Made by a program: the position numbers and the translations under genes. From Escherichia phage MET-P1-301: a DNA stretch of 64,000 nt. The notes under the pieces were generated by a model. That model worked only from the letters and a program-made list of their open reading frames with translations, did no database searches and was not told the DNA's origin. Below, in pieces: positions 21,747-37,443 of this stretch (position 1 is its first letter; each line of letters opens with the position of its first letter). The DNA lies in the sequence record PV700625; one strand, 5' to 3'.

Positions 21747-22645
21747 ATGTCACAAGCAGATACAAGTTACAAAAATATCCTGAACCATGTTTTATCAGTC
21801 GGTGAACTGCGTACTACACGAACTGGAGATGTTATCTCTGCATTTGCTCCACCTAAGTTTCGTTTTGATATGCGAACTGGTTTCCCGCTCTTAACATCTA
21901 AACAGGTGTTTACACGGCAAGTTATTGGGGAAGCTTTATGGTTCCTGAACGGTGAGAATAAGCTTGGTGAACTCCGTTACCGTACTTGGGGTGAAAATGA
22001 TGGGGAACGCTGGACTATCTGGTCAGATGATTTTAAACGCTGGTTAAGTTCTAATTATTCTTCTGAACAAGATTGGTTAGAAGATGCAGGTGGGAGAATC
22101 TATGGGGTTCAGTGGAGAAACTTTGAAGGTCATAATGGTTGTGTTGTAGACCAGCTAGATACCTTAGTAACGAAGATGAAGGGTGATATCACAGACCGTT
22201 ACATGCTTGTTAATGCTTGGAATGCAGCAGATATTGCAGCAAACTCAATGGCTTTAGCACCTTGTCATGTTCTGTTTCAGATTTATATCACTAATGAGGG
22301 TGAAGTTGACTTACAGTGGTATCAACGTTCAGTAGACACCTTTTAGGACTTCCGTTTAATATTGCGTCTTATGGTTTCATCTTAGAAGTTCTTTGTAAGA
22401 TGACTGGATACACTCCACGGTACTTGATAGGTGTCTTTGGGGATACCCAGATTTATCAGAACCATATGAAGCAGGTTTATGAACTGATGAACAATGAAGA
22501 GTTCCATGCACCTACTTTTGAGATTGGTGTACCACTTAACACACTAAGTGACCTAAAACACCTTACTGCAAGTGATTTTATTGGTGGCATTTACAACTAC
22601 CAACATGCAGGAAAGATTGAAGCACCTCTGTCAGTAGGTAAGTAA
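21747..22645 (+). CDS. thyA: thymidylate synthase (split by one frameshift)
   Basis: ...RTGTGT-like RTTRTGDV, ALAPCHVLFQ, QWYQRSVD then LGLPFNIASY in the next frame; joins if TTTT near 22343 is read as TTTTT. Confidence 0.85.
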
Positions 22646-22690
22646 AAACAAAAAGGCTCCTTTTACGGGAGCCTTAAAATTTTATTTTTC
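22645..22690. terminator. bidirectional intrinsic terminator
   Basis: AAGGCTCC-TTTTACG-GGAGCCTT hairpin flanked by A-run upstream and T-run downstream, between convergent genes. Confidence 0.7.
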
Positions 22691-23053
22691 AGTATTCTTT
22701 GTGTTCTTTTCAGTAATAGCTTGCAAGGCTGATACTGATTGGGCCAGATTGTTCACACTGTCAGAGAATTTATCAAGAGTTTTGGTAAGTTTCGCATTCT
22801 CACCCTTAACATTCTCTAACTGGACTTTCTGGTTCTCCATCCCTAGCTGAATCAGTCTCATGTCAGACTGTAAATCACGAATAGCTGAATAGTTACTTTT
22901 GGAATAATTATCTAGCTGCTGTAACTTTGTTGTGACAGACACTTCTTGCTTACCACTTGAAACTTGCATAGTGGTATACATCCCGATAACACTAAAAATA
23001 CCAACTACAATTGCACCAATATTATTTTTAAAAGCTTCCTCTAGCCACTTCAT
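22682..23053 (-). CDS. hypothetical membrane protein with coiled coil
   Basis: N-terminal hydrophobic segment IGAIVVGIFSVIGMY then helical Q/K/L-rich region. Confidence 0.4.
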   Translation of the reverse strand: MKWLEEAFKNNIGAIVVGIFSVIGMYTTMQVSSGKQEVSVTTKLQQLDNYSKSNYSAIRDLQSDMRLIQLGMENQKVQLENVKGENAKLTKTLDKFSDSVNNLAQSVSALQAITEKNTKNTEK

Positions 23054-23326
23054 TTATTTCTCCCCCTTAAAAGCTTTTTCTAAGTTATCTACGAACTCAT
23101 CATCAATAGGTGTGTCTGTTTTACTCGCAAGGTATCTTGCAAGCTTAAAGAACACTTTCTCAATCATGTATTCACTCAGAAGGGATAAAATGAGTTTCCA
23201 GAAGAAGCTACCTAGATTTTTAGAAGAATTGCTAGGATTGTAGGCATTTAATCACCTCATCAGCCAAGATGGTGAGAATACCAATAAAGAATATTAACAC
23301 CATCTTAACAATCAGTCAACAAGGGA

Positions 23327-25687
23327 TTAAGCAGTTCTTACCCAAGCCATTAACTTATAGAACTGGTTAGTAACACTAAATGCTGAACCAGAACCAGTAC
23401 CACCTGTGTTACCACTAACTGTGTGGCTGTGAGCACCAATACCAACAGTGTGGCTGTGGTTACCTGTTGTATTCGTTACACCAGACCAGTTTCTTGATGC
23501 GTTGAAGTTGACAGGGATACCATTAGTAAAGTTGTTACCAGTATACCCTTTAGAACCTGCCTGACTACCGAGGTAGAATGCACCACTTGCTGTGTAGAAG
23601 CTACTAGCGTCACTTCTGAAGTAACCAAATGAACCAGTAATCTCCATAGTACCTCTGTTGTGGTTGTGGTTACCAGTTGTGCTAGAGGTCTTAGTACCAT
23701 AGTCAAATGATGAAGTGGTAGCAGAGAAACTGTGTGTATGTGAAGGTAAGTTACCAACAGATAACGTTACAGAGTCTGAACCACCAGTTGTAGCAACATC
23801 TGAACCGTTTGCTGCTGCAATTCTAATAGTTCTACCAACACCATTGTTCAGGTACGTCCAAGTTAGACCAGGAAGTGCTGTATTAGGGTTAACATTACTG
23901 TTAAACCACGTTACAATACCTACTGGATAGATTTTATTCAGGTCTGTAGAGTCACTTACTGCCTGTGCAATCCTCTGGTCAGTTTCAGCTTTAGTGTATG
24001 CACCGATATCTGAAGGTGTTGGTTTATCTTTGTCTGTATAGATTTTAGACCAAGCACTCTCAAAACCATAACCGTCTCTTGCTGACCTATACCAAAAACC
24101 ACCATTGTTGTAGTTAAATTTTAGCTGAGCCGCTGGTGTAGAACTGCTACCCTGATACATATGGTAGACCAGTTGTGTTGAACCACCAGATTTCCCTGTA
24201 ACATTATACAGACCAGTTTTAGCATTCCAAGCAATGCCATCACTATCACCTACCTCTGTACCAGTGCCAGAAGAATAAGCAAGCATATACCTAGAGTTTG
24301 CGGTAGATTGCGTGTAATATCTAGCATCTAGGTTAGAGAAATCTGAAGGTTGAACTTGACCAGTGATTGCTAAAGTTGCATTCATTTCGAATGATGAACC
24401 AATGTTAAGCCCTTTACCTGTCTTGTAGTTATACAGGTTTAAGATGTCGCTGGCATCACCATTCCCAACATACCACTTGCTAGTTCCATCAGCAGATTTA
24501 CCTCTAATAAACAATGACGTTACAGTTTTTGCTTGTAACGCAAGGGCTTCGCCATCAGAGTTAATAATCTGCTGCGCAGAGAATGTGTTAACAGCATTAG
24601 TTCTTGCAATCGTACTTAATGTTGCTGCCGGAATATATCTAGAGTCAATGTTAGCCCAATCTGAAGGTTGGACTTGTCCAGTGATTTGCACAGTTTTATT
24701 GATACCAATAGTAGTACCTAGCGAAACCTGTGAACCTGCAAGGTAGTTATAAATATTTAGACGTGTCTCGTCAGAATCTGTACCAACATACCATTTATTT
24801 GTTCCATCAGACTTCTTACCGAGAATGTAAAGTGCTGTACTTGCATCAGTATTCTGCAAAGTAATAGCATTAGCATTCTTCTTAGCAACAAGGTTAGTGA
24901 AAGTGTTAGCACCTGTAAAAGTGTTATTACCAGCTAACTGTGCAAATCTCTGATTAGCAACTGTCTGAGTAAAGTATCTAGCATCTAAGTTAGAGAAATC
25001 TGAAGGTTGAACTTGTCCAGTGATTGCTAAAGATTTATTAACAGAGATGTTGCTTGCAATAGTCAAGGCTGAATTGTATTTGTTATTATACAACTTCACT
25101 TCATCAGAGCCATTACTACCAATACCAACCCACCATCTAGCCGAACCATCTAGGTTTACACCTTCGATATATTGTGCATTATTTGCATTTTGGTTTCTAA
25201 GGCGAAGTAAGTTAGCATCACCTTGAATATTTTGAGTTCCAGAGAATGTGTTTGTGATAGCAATTCTTGCGTATCTTGCATCATTCTCTTCATTAGTTCT
25301 CATACCAAGCTCATTAGGACTTGGCTTATTCAGAGTATGATAAACAGTTGCTGACCTTGAAGCATCTGCAATAGTTAGTTTAAGACCATTTGCGTTAATT
25401 TTAAAAGTCTTTAAAATATCCCCAATAGTAATCTCAGAAGAGCCTGTAGGGTCAAATACAGCCTTACCACCATAAAGTAACTTGACAATACCTAAATCCC
25501 CAGTCATAGTGCTTCCAGCAATCTGAACAAACCTTTCTAGTTTGAAGGAAGCTAAGAAGTCTTGATAGGTCATTCTACGGTCTTCATCACCCAACATTTC
25601 AGGTCTTTTCTTAACTCTGATGTGCAATAGGTCTTCTGAACGAATTGTGTCGATTGAGTTTAACTGACTCAATTTGTAATCTGCCAT
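23327..25687 (-). CDS. tail fibre protein
   Basis: 786 aa, Gly/Ser/Thr/Asn-rich repeats; C-terminal HxH clusters (HTHSFSA..., GNHSHTVGIGAHSHTV) typical of metal-binding fibre tips. Confidence 0.7.
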   Translation of the reverse strand: MADYKLSQLNSIDTIRSEDLLHIRVKKRPEMLGDEDRRMTYQDFLASFKLERFVQIAGSTMTGDLGIVKLLYGGKAVFDPTGSSEITIGDILKTFKINANGLKLTIADASRSATVYHTLNKPSPNELGMRTNEENDARYARIAITNTFSGTQNIQGDANLLRLRNQNANNAQYIEGVNLDGSARWWVGIGSNGSDEVKLYNNKYNSALTIASNISVNKSLAITGQVQPSDFSNLDARYFTQTVANQRFAQLAGNNTFTGANTFTNLVAKKNANAITLQNTDASTALYILGKKSDGTNKWYVGTDSDETRLNIYNYLAGSQVSLGTTIGINKTVQITGQVQPSDWANIDSRYIPAATLSTIARTNAVNTFSAQQIINSDGEALALQAKTVTSLFIRGKSADGTSKWYVGNGDASDILNLYNYKTGKGLNIGSSFEMNATLAITGQVQPSDFSNLDARYYTQSTANSRYMLAYSSGTGTEVGDSDGIAWNAKTGLYNVTGKSGGSTQLVYHMYQGSSSTPAAQLKFNYNNGGFWYRSARDGYGFESAWSKIYTDKDKPTPSDIGAYTKAETDQRIAQAVSDSTDLNKIYPVGIVTWFNSNVNPNTALPGLTWTYLNNGVGRTIRIAAANGSDVATTGGSDSVTLSVGNLPSHTHSFSATTSSFDYGTKTSSTTGNHNHNRGTMEITGSFGYFRSDASSFYTASGAFYLGSQAGSKGYTGNNFTNGIPVNFNASRNWSGVTNTTGNHSHTVGIGAHSHTVSGNTGGTGSGSAFSVTNQFYKLMAWVRTA

Positions 25688-25733
25688 TATGAATTTTCCT
25701 CTTAAAAGGGGCTATAAAGCCCCTGTAAAGAAA

Positions 25734-26909
25734 TTAAGCTGTTCTCTGCCACACATACACTACAAAAGATGGCTGCTCAACACTGAAAGCTTGACCACCA
25801 CCAACAGAACCAGATGTCCCTGAGTGTGTATGCTCAGAGCTAGAAACAGTAACAGTGCCTGTATGACTGTGCGAACCAATATTAACAGTGTGGCTGTGAG
25901 CACCAATTGCGACAGTATGGCTATGAGCACCAGATGATGCAGTTGTACCTGAGAAGCTATGGGTGTGAGCACCAGCTAAATCAGTATACATAGCATTACC
26001 AACACCAGCATCAGCAGATGCAGTAATAGCGTTTGTGCCACCCCTATCATTACCCCTCATAGGGACTCTATGGTTGTGGTTACCAGCATTACTTGTTGTG
26101 CCACTAAACGTGTGAGTGTGAGCACCAGCACTATTAGTCGTTTTTGTACCGTAATCAAAAGTTGATGTACTTTTTGAACCATAATCAAAACTAGAGATAG
26201 ATACACTTGCAGAGTGTGTATGACCACCACCTGTTAGATAGATAGAGTGAGTATGTGCTGGTAAATTATTATTTGTTAATGCTACAGTCTGAGAACCAAA
26301 CGTTGAACCAACAGGTCTGGAATCTGTATCATAACCAACTAGTGCTCTACCTTTAGAAACTAACTCCCAAGTACCTCCACAAAGCAAGTAAGTGGATGGG
26401 TTAGCAGAGTTAACAGACAGATGAATAGTCCCCACTGGATATGATGCTTGGATAGCTTTGTATAAATTATTAACTGCTTTCGCGGTAGCATATTTATCAG
26501 CATCTTCATTGTACAGATTGGATGTTGTCCAGTTCTGAACATTACTTAAACCGACCTGTGCTTTCGTTGTGTTATGTGGGTTACTTTTGTCGTCAATATG
26601 TTGCTGAATTAAGTTATTCACTTCCTCTGACGACATAATTTGTAGATTTGCTCTTGCCTCAGCAACATTTACAATGTCTGACAAGTTATTAGCTGCAACT
26701 AATTGAAGAGAGTTAATAACATTATCAAGACCTACTTGCGATTTCGTTACACCATGAGGGTTATTCCTCAAAGATGCGTGAGGTGCTAACAACTGTTCAA
26801 GCGTACATCTTTTATCCTCAACACCTTGCTTAAGATGGAAGATATCACTCAAATCAATTGGTAAGGCCGCTTGTGGCAAGGCACTAATTTGAATTTCACC
26901 TACTGCCAT
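25734..26909 (-). CDS. tail fibre protein (second)
   Basis: 391 aa; same C-terminal HTHS/HSHT repeats and similar C-terminal ending. Confidence 0.65.
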   Translation of the reverse strand: MAVGEIQISALPQAALPIDLSDIFHLKQGVEDKRCTLEQLLAPHASLRNNPHGVTKSQVGLDNVINSLQLVAANNLSDIVNVAEARANLQIMSSEEVNNLIQQHIDDKSNPHNTTKAQVGLSNVQNWTTSNLYNEDADKYATAKAVNNLYKAIQASYPVGTIHLSVNSANPSTYLLCGGTWELVSKGRALVGYDTDSRPVGSTFGSQTVALTNNNLPAHTHSIYLTGGGHTHSASVSISSFDYGSKSTSTFDYGTKTTNSAGAHTHTFSGTTSNAGNHNHRVPMRGNDRGGTNAITASADAGVGNAMYTDLAGAHTHSFSGTTASSGAHSHTVAIGAHSHTVNIGSHSHTGTVTVSSSEHTHSGTSGSVGGGQAFSVEQPSFVVYVWQRTA

Positions 26910-26911
26910 TA

Positions 26912-27214
26912 TTAAGCTCCTACATATTCATATGTGTAAAGGTTTCTTGTACTTGTTGATGCAGTCCCTGTCTCAGACTTAATGAGATTCCAACCATTAG
27001 CCACTAAATCTGGTTGCTCAGTTGCATATGAACGAACTTCACCAACAGTGCCATTTACTTTATTCAGCAGGTAGTTGATAATATAGTTGAACCACTGTCT
27101 ACCCATAGGTTCACCCTTTAAAAGACCTGTCTCTTGAACTTCCGGTGGTGGTAAAACTTTTAACTGATTACCATCAGTATCTACTTCGTTTGTAGACCAA
27201 TTTAGAACTGCCAT
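26912..27214 (-). CDS. hypothetical tail protein
   Basis: 100-aa ORF coupled to tail fibre genes. Confidence 0.4.
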   Translation of the reverse strand: MAVLNWSTNEVDTDGNQLKVLPPPEVQETGLLKGEPMGRQWFNYIINYLLNKVNGTVGEVRSYATEQPDLVANGWNLIKSETGTASTSTRNLYTYEYVGA

Positions 27215-28068
27215 TAAGAATTTCCTTCTTGTTGTGATTTATCTTTTCTGCCTTTGACAATTTGCGCAACCTCAGCCATGATTCCGTATGCACCACCTGC
27301 AATAGCTTCTTTACCAACGATGAAATAACCACTATTATTAGACCTATCTACAGTCATATAATCATCGCTCTGCGAGTTTGCTGTTCTGTCAACCTTAAAG
27401 TAACCATCAATAACACCAGCATCTGCAAGGCTACCTACTAAGTTGGACTCCAGAGAGCCACCAGTATTATTTGTGACAAGACCTCTGTTAGCATCAGTTA
27501 CAAACCAGTTCTCTTTATCATCAACAATAGCAAGTGATGAATCAGCAACCTCTACAGGTGTCCAAGCAGTCCCATTTAAAGTAACATCTCTTAAGATAAC
27601 AGCGGAGCCAGTAGTTGTTGCAGAAATCTTTGACAGCGTATATGCAGCATCTAGAACGCTTTTTCTAGTGTTGATACGGATAACGATACCACCAGTCTTA
27701 GGAGTAATATGCTCAAAAATCTGAGAGAAAGTTGCACCATATAGTGTCATAATTGCTTTTTGCAAGAATGTTGGGGTGGTGTCAGAGCGTCTTAGGAAGA
27801 TTTGGATATAAAGCATAGCTCTATATGTTTCATCATCTGCACCTAAAGGTCTAGGAACTTTAATCAGTGAGCCAATATTATCAAGTTGTTGGCCTACTGA
27901 CGTCCTGATATTTCTCTCTGTGTGCATCTGCCAGCAAACATCCTCTAATGTTTGTAGCTCATCAGTGATTGCTTTCAAGATACTTGTATAGATAAATTTA
28001 TCTTTAAACTGTGTTACAGTCCTTTCATCAAGTGTTTTATAATAAACACTATCAATCTTTTCAAACAT
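27214..28068 (-). CDS. putative baseplate/tail protein
   Basis: 284-aa ORF in tail module. Confidence 0.4.
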   Translation of the reverse strand: MFEKIDSVYYKTLDERTVTQFKDKFIYTSILKAITDELQTLEDVCWQMHTERNIRTSVGQQLDNIGSLIKVPRPLGADDETYRAMLYIQIFLRRSDTTPTFLQKAIMTLYGATFSQIFEHITPKTGGIVIRINTRKSVLDAAYTLSKISATTTGSAVILRDVTLNGTAWTPVEVADSSLAIVDDKENWFVTDANRGLVTNNTGGSLESNLVGSLADAGVIDGYFKVDRTANSQSDDYMTVDRSNNSGYFIVGKEAIAGGAYGIMAEVAQIVKGRKDKSQQEGNS

Positions 28069-28070
28069 TA

Positions 28071-29539
28071 TTACTCCTTAGTGATGGTATACTGGCTACT
28101 TTCCCAAACAGTATATTGGTCACCGTCAACAGTAATTCTTGCTGTAGTATATTGTCCGTCACTAGGTGGAACTGATTGGCTGTTTGATAATGCTACTTTC
28201 ACCTCATTAATCTCAATACCTTTAATTACATCATAGATATATCCGTAGATTCTGTTAGGGATAACGTCATTACCAACCTTAAGAGTTCTTCCGTAGGCAT
28301 TAATACCTTGTACAATACTGTCTCTGATATCCTCTTCAGGGATTGTCAAGCTTTCTTCGTCATATAATGAGTAAGATACTTTAACAAATGCGTATTTTGG
28401 TGTTGGTCTGCTAAAGTAAATATTATGTGCTAAACCACCTAAATCATGGGCTGTACCAAAAATTGAGCCGTAAGCTCTAATACCAGCAGGTTTTGTATCC
28501 CAGATTGCTTGAGCAACATTATCATTTTGACCACCGACTACGACAATCTTAAAAGATTTTGGTGGAAGACCTTCTGAGTTCGTCTCTTCAGTATCATTTT
28601 CAACACCTGAAGCATCTGAGACACCTTGAACCCTTTTAACAGCAGCTACAATTGCATCCAAAGTCCCTACACCAGTAACTGCTAAGGATTCTAAATACCT
28701 CTGTCTAAGTTCTGTGTCAGTTTCTTCGTTTCTACCAGTTGTTAAGTCATACCTGTTATAGATGCTGTCAAGGCCATCAACAGTGGTTTCAATCTCAATA
28801 AGAGTCCCAGCTAAAGCAGGAATAGCACCAACCTCTTCAGCTACTACATCTGAGATAGTTGTAATCTTTGTAAATGTCAGAAACGTTGTCGCAGTAACAA
28901 CCATAGGGTTTGTTCTTGCAATAATATCACCCTCATCTTTATAGACTCTTAATGAGGCTCCATCATTGATAACTTCTGCTTTTGCTACAATACCACCATT
29001 AATAGCCTCTGCTAATTTAGTTAGTAGTGTGGTAATTGTGTCTGATGAGGTTGGTTTATATGAGAAAATAACGTTATCAATAATAATAACATAATCTGCA
29101 TCAGTTCGTAAAGAGTTAACTTCAAGAACAGCTTCAACACAATATGATGGGGTAAGGGTAATATTGTTAACTGGATAAAAGATATTTCCAGCAGTACTTC
29201 TCAATCTTGTTGTTGAAGAGATGGTAGCACCAGTTGTTCCAGTGAACTCAACCTGACCCCTTGTTGCCTGAGCAACATATCTGTATACAGCATTCAAAGC
29301 TGTGATATCATCAAGGTTAAATCCTTCAGCCTTGTCAATTGTCCCACCGTCATAGATTTCTGATAGAATCTCATGTGTATCTGCTAAAGACCTTGCAATT
29401 GAAGCTAGGAAGAGACCTAATTGGCTATCTTCAGAAACGTCAAGGTTTGGTGAAATATCTCTAAGAAGTCTTGATTTGATATTATCAAAAATTTCCTGAT
29501 ATCTTAGAGTTTGTAATCCTGTTGTAGTTAATCCTGCCA

Positions 29540-29540
<1 letters not shown>
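28071..29540 (-). CDS. putative baseplate protein
   Basis: 489-aa ORF in baseplate block. Confidence 0.4.
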
Positions 29541-33015
<3,475 letters not shown>

Positions 33016-34919
33016 TGGTCTTTTGGGTTTGTAATATTTGCAACAGCATTTTCAAATGGTTTTGGAAGTGTAACTTCACTGTAGTTTTTAGCAGCATTTG
33101 GGTCTGTAGAACCTCTTAGCATCAATGCAGAGCCAACAGTACCAAGTGCCATTCTCGTTGCTGTAACTCCACCTGCCGCTGCGGCTGCTTCTCCTGCTGC
33201 TGCTGTACCTGCTGCACTAACACCAAGTCTTTGTAAGATTTTACCAAAGATGCCACCACCGACCAAACCACTTAGGAGCTTGACTGATTTTGATACTACA
33301 GCAACTGCACCACCAATTGTCACGACTGTTCCCAGAAATTCACCAGCACTTTTGATTAGCTTTTGCTGACTGTTGTCAAGGTCTTTATACCAAGCTCTTG
33401 CATAGTAATACAATGCAGATGTTCTGTACATGAAGTCTGTAACGAAGTCAAGCAGATTACTAGCACCTTTTAACAGGTTTCCAATCACAACACCCAAAGC
33501 TTGTGTACTACCCAAAGAACCTTGTAAGAACATTGCAACAGAGTTAGATAACTGTGAAATACCATCACTAGAGTTGTTGAACAGTGCTACAAGCGTGTTG
33601 TCCCACATTGCCTTAGCTTGACCCATTGACGTAGCAGTCTGCTTAGATACGGCGTTCATACCACCTGCTTGTTTGACAAGCTCAGCCATTCTTTCAGACA
33701 CTTTAGGCAGAACGTCTTGAGCAAGAAGTTTCCCGTCTTGCATCATCTTATCAAGTTCTTGTGGAGTCTTCCCAATAGCATCAGCGAATAGCTGCACAGC
33801 ACCTGCTAAACGGTCACCTAACTGTCCACGAAGTTCTTCTGCCTGAACTTTACCTTTTGATGCCATCTGCTGGAATGCAACCATGATACCTTTCAAGTCT
33901 TCATCAGTAGCACCCCTGATACGGGCAAACATTGCAGCATTCTTATAGAACTCTTGAGTACCCTGAAAACCAAGTGTTGGTTGAGCACCAGCAGCAAAGT
34001 TTGAGTACTGCTTCATGGTATCTGTGTAGTTCTGACCAATCTGGTGTGCGAATGATGCAGCGAACATTCTGGCTTGCTGTGTATCTGCTCCAAAGATAGC
34101 TGTAGAGGCTAACTGTGCAGATTGTCTTTTACACCAGCCTCAATAGTCTTTTGTGATAGTTCCAGTAAAGCGTAAGCTGAAACAAAACCACCAACTAATT
34201 GACGTAATGATGCGTTAGCTCTATCCTGTAGCCAAGCTGATTCTTTAACTGATTTTAGTCTAGCATTTTCTGCAATAACCCAACGTTTGGTTACGTCGAT
34301 GAGCTTTTTAACTTCCATCTCATACTCACCAACCTTACCAGTACCTTTATATCTGTTGTAGATATTTTGCAAGCTCCCTCTGAAAGAGGCTGCCATTTGG
34401 TTACCTTGACCACCGATTGTTTCCAGTCTACGGGTTAACCCTGAATAGAAGTTATTATTAAACATTCTTTCCATTTGTCTCTGAGCAACATCTACTCTCG
34501 GACCTCTGGGTGCTCCACCACCAACAGGAGGAATGTTCTGTCCACCTCTTCCTCTACCTGTCTTGATAGTAACTTTACCGTCAACCTTCATAGCATCTTT
34601 TAAAGACTTGTTAATACCCTTTGCAGTCTTTTTTGCTTGAGTTTCAAGTCTCTTAAGAGATTTAACACCTTGTGAATCAAGGTTCAAGGAACTGTTGAGT
34701 GCTTTATTGATTCTGCCCGAAGCAGACTGAGCATTTTTACAATTCTATTAAGTGCTTCCTGAGAACTTTTATTAGGCTTCACATCAAAGGCTTTATTAAT
34801 ATTTCTCTCAATACGTTGAGCAGCTTGCATAGACATCTTCTCAACTCTTTGCAAGCCCTTAATAACCTTTTCACTGAAACCAAGTTCCACAATGAAGCTA
34901 TCAACTGTATATTGTGCCA

Positions 34920-35558
34920 TTACATTTTTCCTGCTCTTCTAAGTTCGTTGTAAGCAATTTCCTCTTTATACGACCTCTGAATCTCAAGAAATTGTCTCAA
35001 TGATAATAAATCAGAGAATGTCATAGCAAAGAGTTGGTCAAGTGTTTCTTTACACCCTTCCATACCATAAATAGCAAGCACAAATTTCATCTCGTCTGCT
35101 TCTTCATAGGTTGCCTCTACAGCAGCATCAGTCAGTGGTGTCTGTAGAGTATTGCCTATGTTTACTGAGAAGTTAGGCTTTTGAAAATGCTTGCTTCGAA
35201 AACTTCCGAAGTTTGCCTCCAGCGCAAATGCTAAGTAATCAATAAACTCGCCGTAGTTTGCTTGGAAGTACGTATCAATATTAAGTGGGAAGTCATCAAC
35301 AGTTGCCCCTTGAAATAGTAATGTAGCCATTTCTTCAAGGTTAATTTCTTCAATTCTGTCAAAACAAGCTTCAACAAGTTCTTTAAATGGAACCATTGGA
35401 GCTTCTTTCTTGTCTTTATCAGTCAGACTTGACAGCATCTGTGCAAAGGTTGGGACAACAATTTTACCCAACTTCATAGACATCTTAATACCATCTCTTG
35501 CCCCAAGCAGAACAATATTTACTTTCTTACCATTAATTACTCTAGATTCTGTTTTCAT
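34920..35558 (-). CDS. hypothetical tail assembly protein
   Basis: 212-aa ORF immediately upstream of tape measure. Confidence 0.35.
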   Translation of the reverse strand: MKTESRVINGKKVNIVLLGARDGIKMSMKLGKIVVPTFAQMLSSLTDKDKKEAPMVPFKELVEACFDRIEEINLEEMATLLFQGATVDDFPLNIDTYFQANYGEFIDYLAFALEANFGSFRSKHFQKPNFSVNIGNTLQTPLTDAAVEATYEEADEMKFVLAIYGMEGCKETLDQLFAMTFSDLLSLRQFLEIQRSYKEEIAYNELRRAGKM

Positions 35559-35629
35559 TGTGATTCCTTAATACTTTTAAAAGAAACAAAAAAGGGAAGA
35601 CCTTTTAAAGTCTCCCCTTATAGGATTTA

Positions 35630-36040
35630 TTAAACACTTGACGCTGGAATTGTAGAAGTGTAGTCTAGCTTCTCACAACCAAAAATCCAAGTTTTAGAGT
35701 TCTGGTCACGACCAAGTTCAATCTGCAGTAATTCCTGCAACCAAGCATTAATACCAGTTGCCAGAACAGAGCCTGATGGGTCGTAGATTACGAAGTTAGA
35801 AGAGATATCTTCTTCAAGTTCCATATTGTCTTGTTTAGCTTGAATTGCAGAAAGCATCTGGTTAGAGAGAGAAGTCTGCATTAGCTCAATCTCAATAGTA
35901 CCTGTCTTGTCTGCATTTCTTGTCAGAGCAACTTGACCACCCGCACCTACAACTGGTGTCACAAGTGGTGATGTTCTCTGTAGACGTAAGAATGAGTCTG
36001 GGGCAAAGCCTTCAATGGCAATACCATTCCAGCTACACAC
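35630..36040 (-). CDS. putative tail tube protein
   Basis: 136 aa, directly downstream of the putative sheath gene. Confidence 0.45.
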   Translation of the reverse strand: MCSWNGIAIEGFAPDSFLRLQRTSPLVTPVVGAGGQVALTRNADKTGTIEIELMQTSLSNQMLSAIQAKQDNMELEEDISSNFVIYDPSGSVLATGINAWLQELLQIELGRDQNSKTWIFGCEKLDYTSTIPASSV

Positions 36041-36090
36041 AACGTCTTTAGGGAATATTGCTGATACATAGCCATTCCAATTTACCTCTA

Positions 36091-37443
36091 TTATTCGTAA
36101 GCCACTGTACCTTTCAAGTCAACATCCAAGATAGCCCCTGCTAAGATACCTGAGAAGGTAACGTCTTTCAGGATACGAGCTTTCTTGTCTGCTAAAGCAA
36201 CTTGAGAGGCTTTAGGAACATTAACTGTGTAAGATGACAGGAAGTTTCTGTTGACTGCTCTTTGCAGAGAGGTTTCAATGACTTGACGAATACGGGTAAT
36301 ACCAGTATCATCATAAGTAATCTTACCACCCTTCTGATTAATTAGCAAGTCTCTCAGAGAAGTTTTCAGGTCTGATTCTAACCAGTCAACACCACGGATG
36401 ATATCAATCCATTCCCCACCAGAAGTAATACCTCTGCGAACCACTGGAACACCACCATCAAGGTCAATAAAGTTACAGTGACGTGCATCTAAAGCTGACT
36501 TCTGAATACTTGTCAGAGGTCTCTGATTAGATGGCTGTAGAGAAGCAGCTACGCCAGTTAACTGTGCATTACCCCAAGCAATTGAACCTGCATCATACGG
36601 AGCACCATAAGCGATGTATGCCATTTCTGGATAGTCTTCTGCTGCTGTGTGATGCCACAAGCAAACGGTACGAGTGTACTGACTCTTAGCAAGCTGTGCT
36701 GGAACATCGTTTGCACTAGCTAATTCTGTGCCTTGTAGGGCTGTTACATCGGAGTTAGCTGTAAAGAAAATCTTCTTACGAGCTTGAATCTCAGAAGCCA
36801 TTGCTAAGACAAACTGTTGAGTTCTGTCTTCTGCTGCAATGAAATACCAGTCAGTTGAATAAGCTTCAATAGCTGCCAGAGCAGTCGATGCTGTGTCAGC
36901 AGTTGTGCTTGCAATTGACACTGTTTGTGCTGTAGTAGTAACCTTCACGAAGTCATTGTCGCCAGCTTTGGTGATTACCATTGTTGCTGAACCGCCAGCA
37001 CCAGTTACATTGACAGTAACAAGGTCTTTTACAGAAGGTTCCGCTTCAATCTGAGTTTTAAGCTGCTGTAGCACCTTCTCAGCAGTATCTTCTGACTGTG
37101 AAGTGTACTGGAATGGCTGAGAGATTCCACCGCTCACAGCTACAGTCAAAGAATAATCGGTGCTCTCAGTAACTTCATCAGGAATTGATACAGTGTACTG
37201 CATAGCACGTCTACCAATATAAAGCTGAGTTACTTTAGGAGTCTGACTCCAAAGTTGTTTAGCAGCCTTATATGCAGCAGAGTTTTCATCGAAATCTTCA
37301 GCAACTTCAGTTAAGGAAGTGTAACCACGGACTCTTTCTTCAAAGTTATCTGTTGAAGCTAAAAATAGTGGCAGCCCAAAACCTTCTCTTGTAGTTCCTG
37401 CGGTGTTCAATGTAATATCTACATTAACAATTGGATTCCACAT
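36091..37443 (-). CDS. putative tail sheath protein
   Basis: 450 aa; gene order (450-aa gene, 136-aa gene, chaperone, tape measure) matches contractile-tail modules; not confirmed by a search. Confidence 0.45.
   Translation of the reverse strand: MWNPIVNVDITLNTAGTTREGFGLPLFLASTDNFEERVRGYTSLTEVAEDFDENSAAYKAAKQLWSQTPKVTQLYIGRRAMQYTVSIPDEVTESTDYSLTVAVSGGISQPFQYTSQSEDTAEKVLQQLKTQIEAEPSVKDLVTVNVTGAGGSATMVITKAGDNDFVKVTTTAQTVSIASTTADTASTALAAIEAYSTDWYFIAAEDRTQQFVLAMASEIQARKKIFFTANSDVTALQGTELASANDVPAQLAKSQYTRTVCLWHHTAAEDYPEMAYIAYGAPYDAGSIAWGNAQLTGVAASLQPSNQRPLTSIQKSALDARHCNFIDLDGGVPVVRRGITSGGEWIDIIRGVDWLESDLKTSLRDLLINQKGGKITYDDTGITRIRQVIETSLQRAVNRNFLSSYTVNVPKASQVALADKKARILKDVTFSGILAGAILDVDLKGTVAYE

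Noticed and set aside
23476-23757. Minus-strand 93-aa ORF nested inside the tail fibre gene, and similar nested ORFs (12232-12621, 7500-7751, 1059-1247)
   Set aside because: Alternate-frame reading frames wholly inside well-supported longer genes; low-complexity translation.
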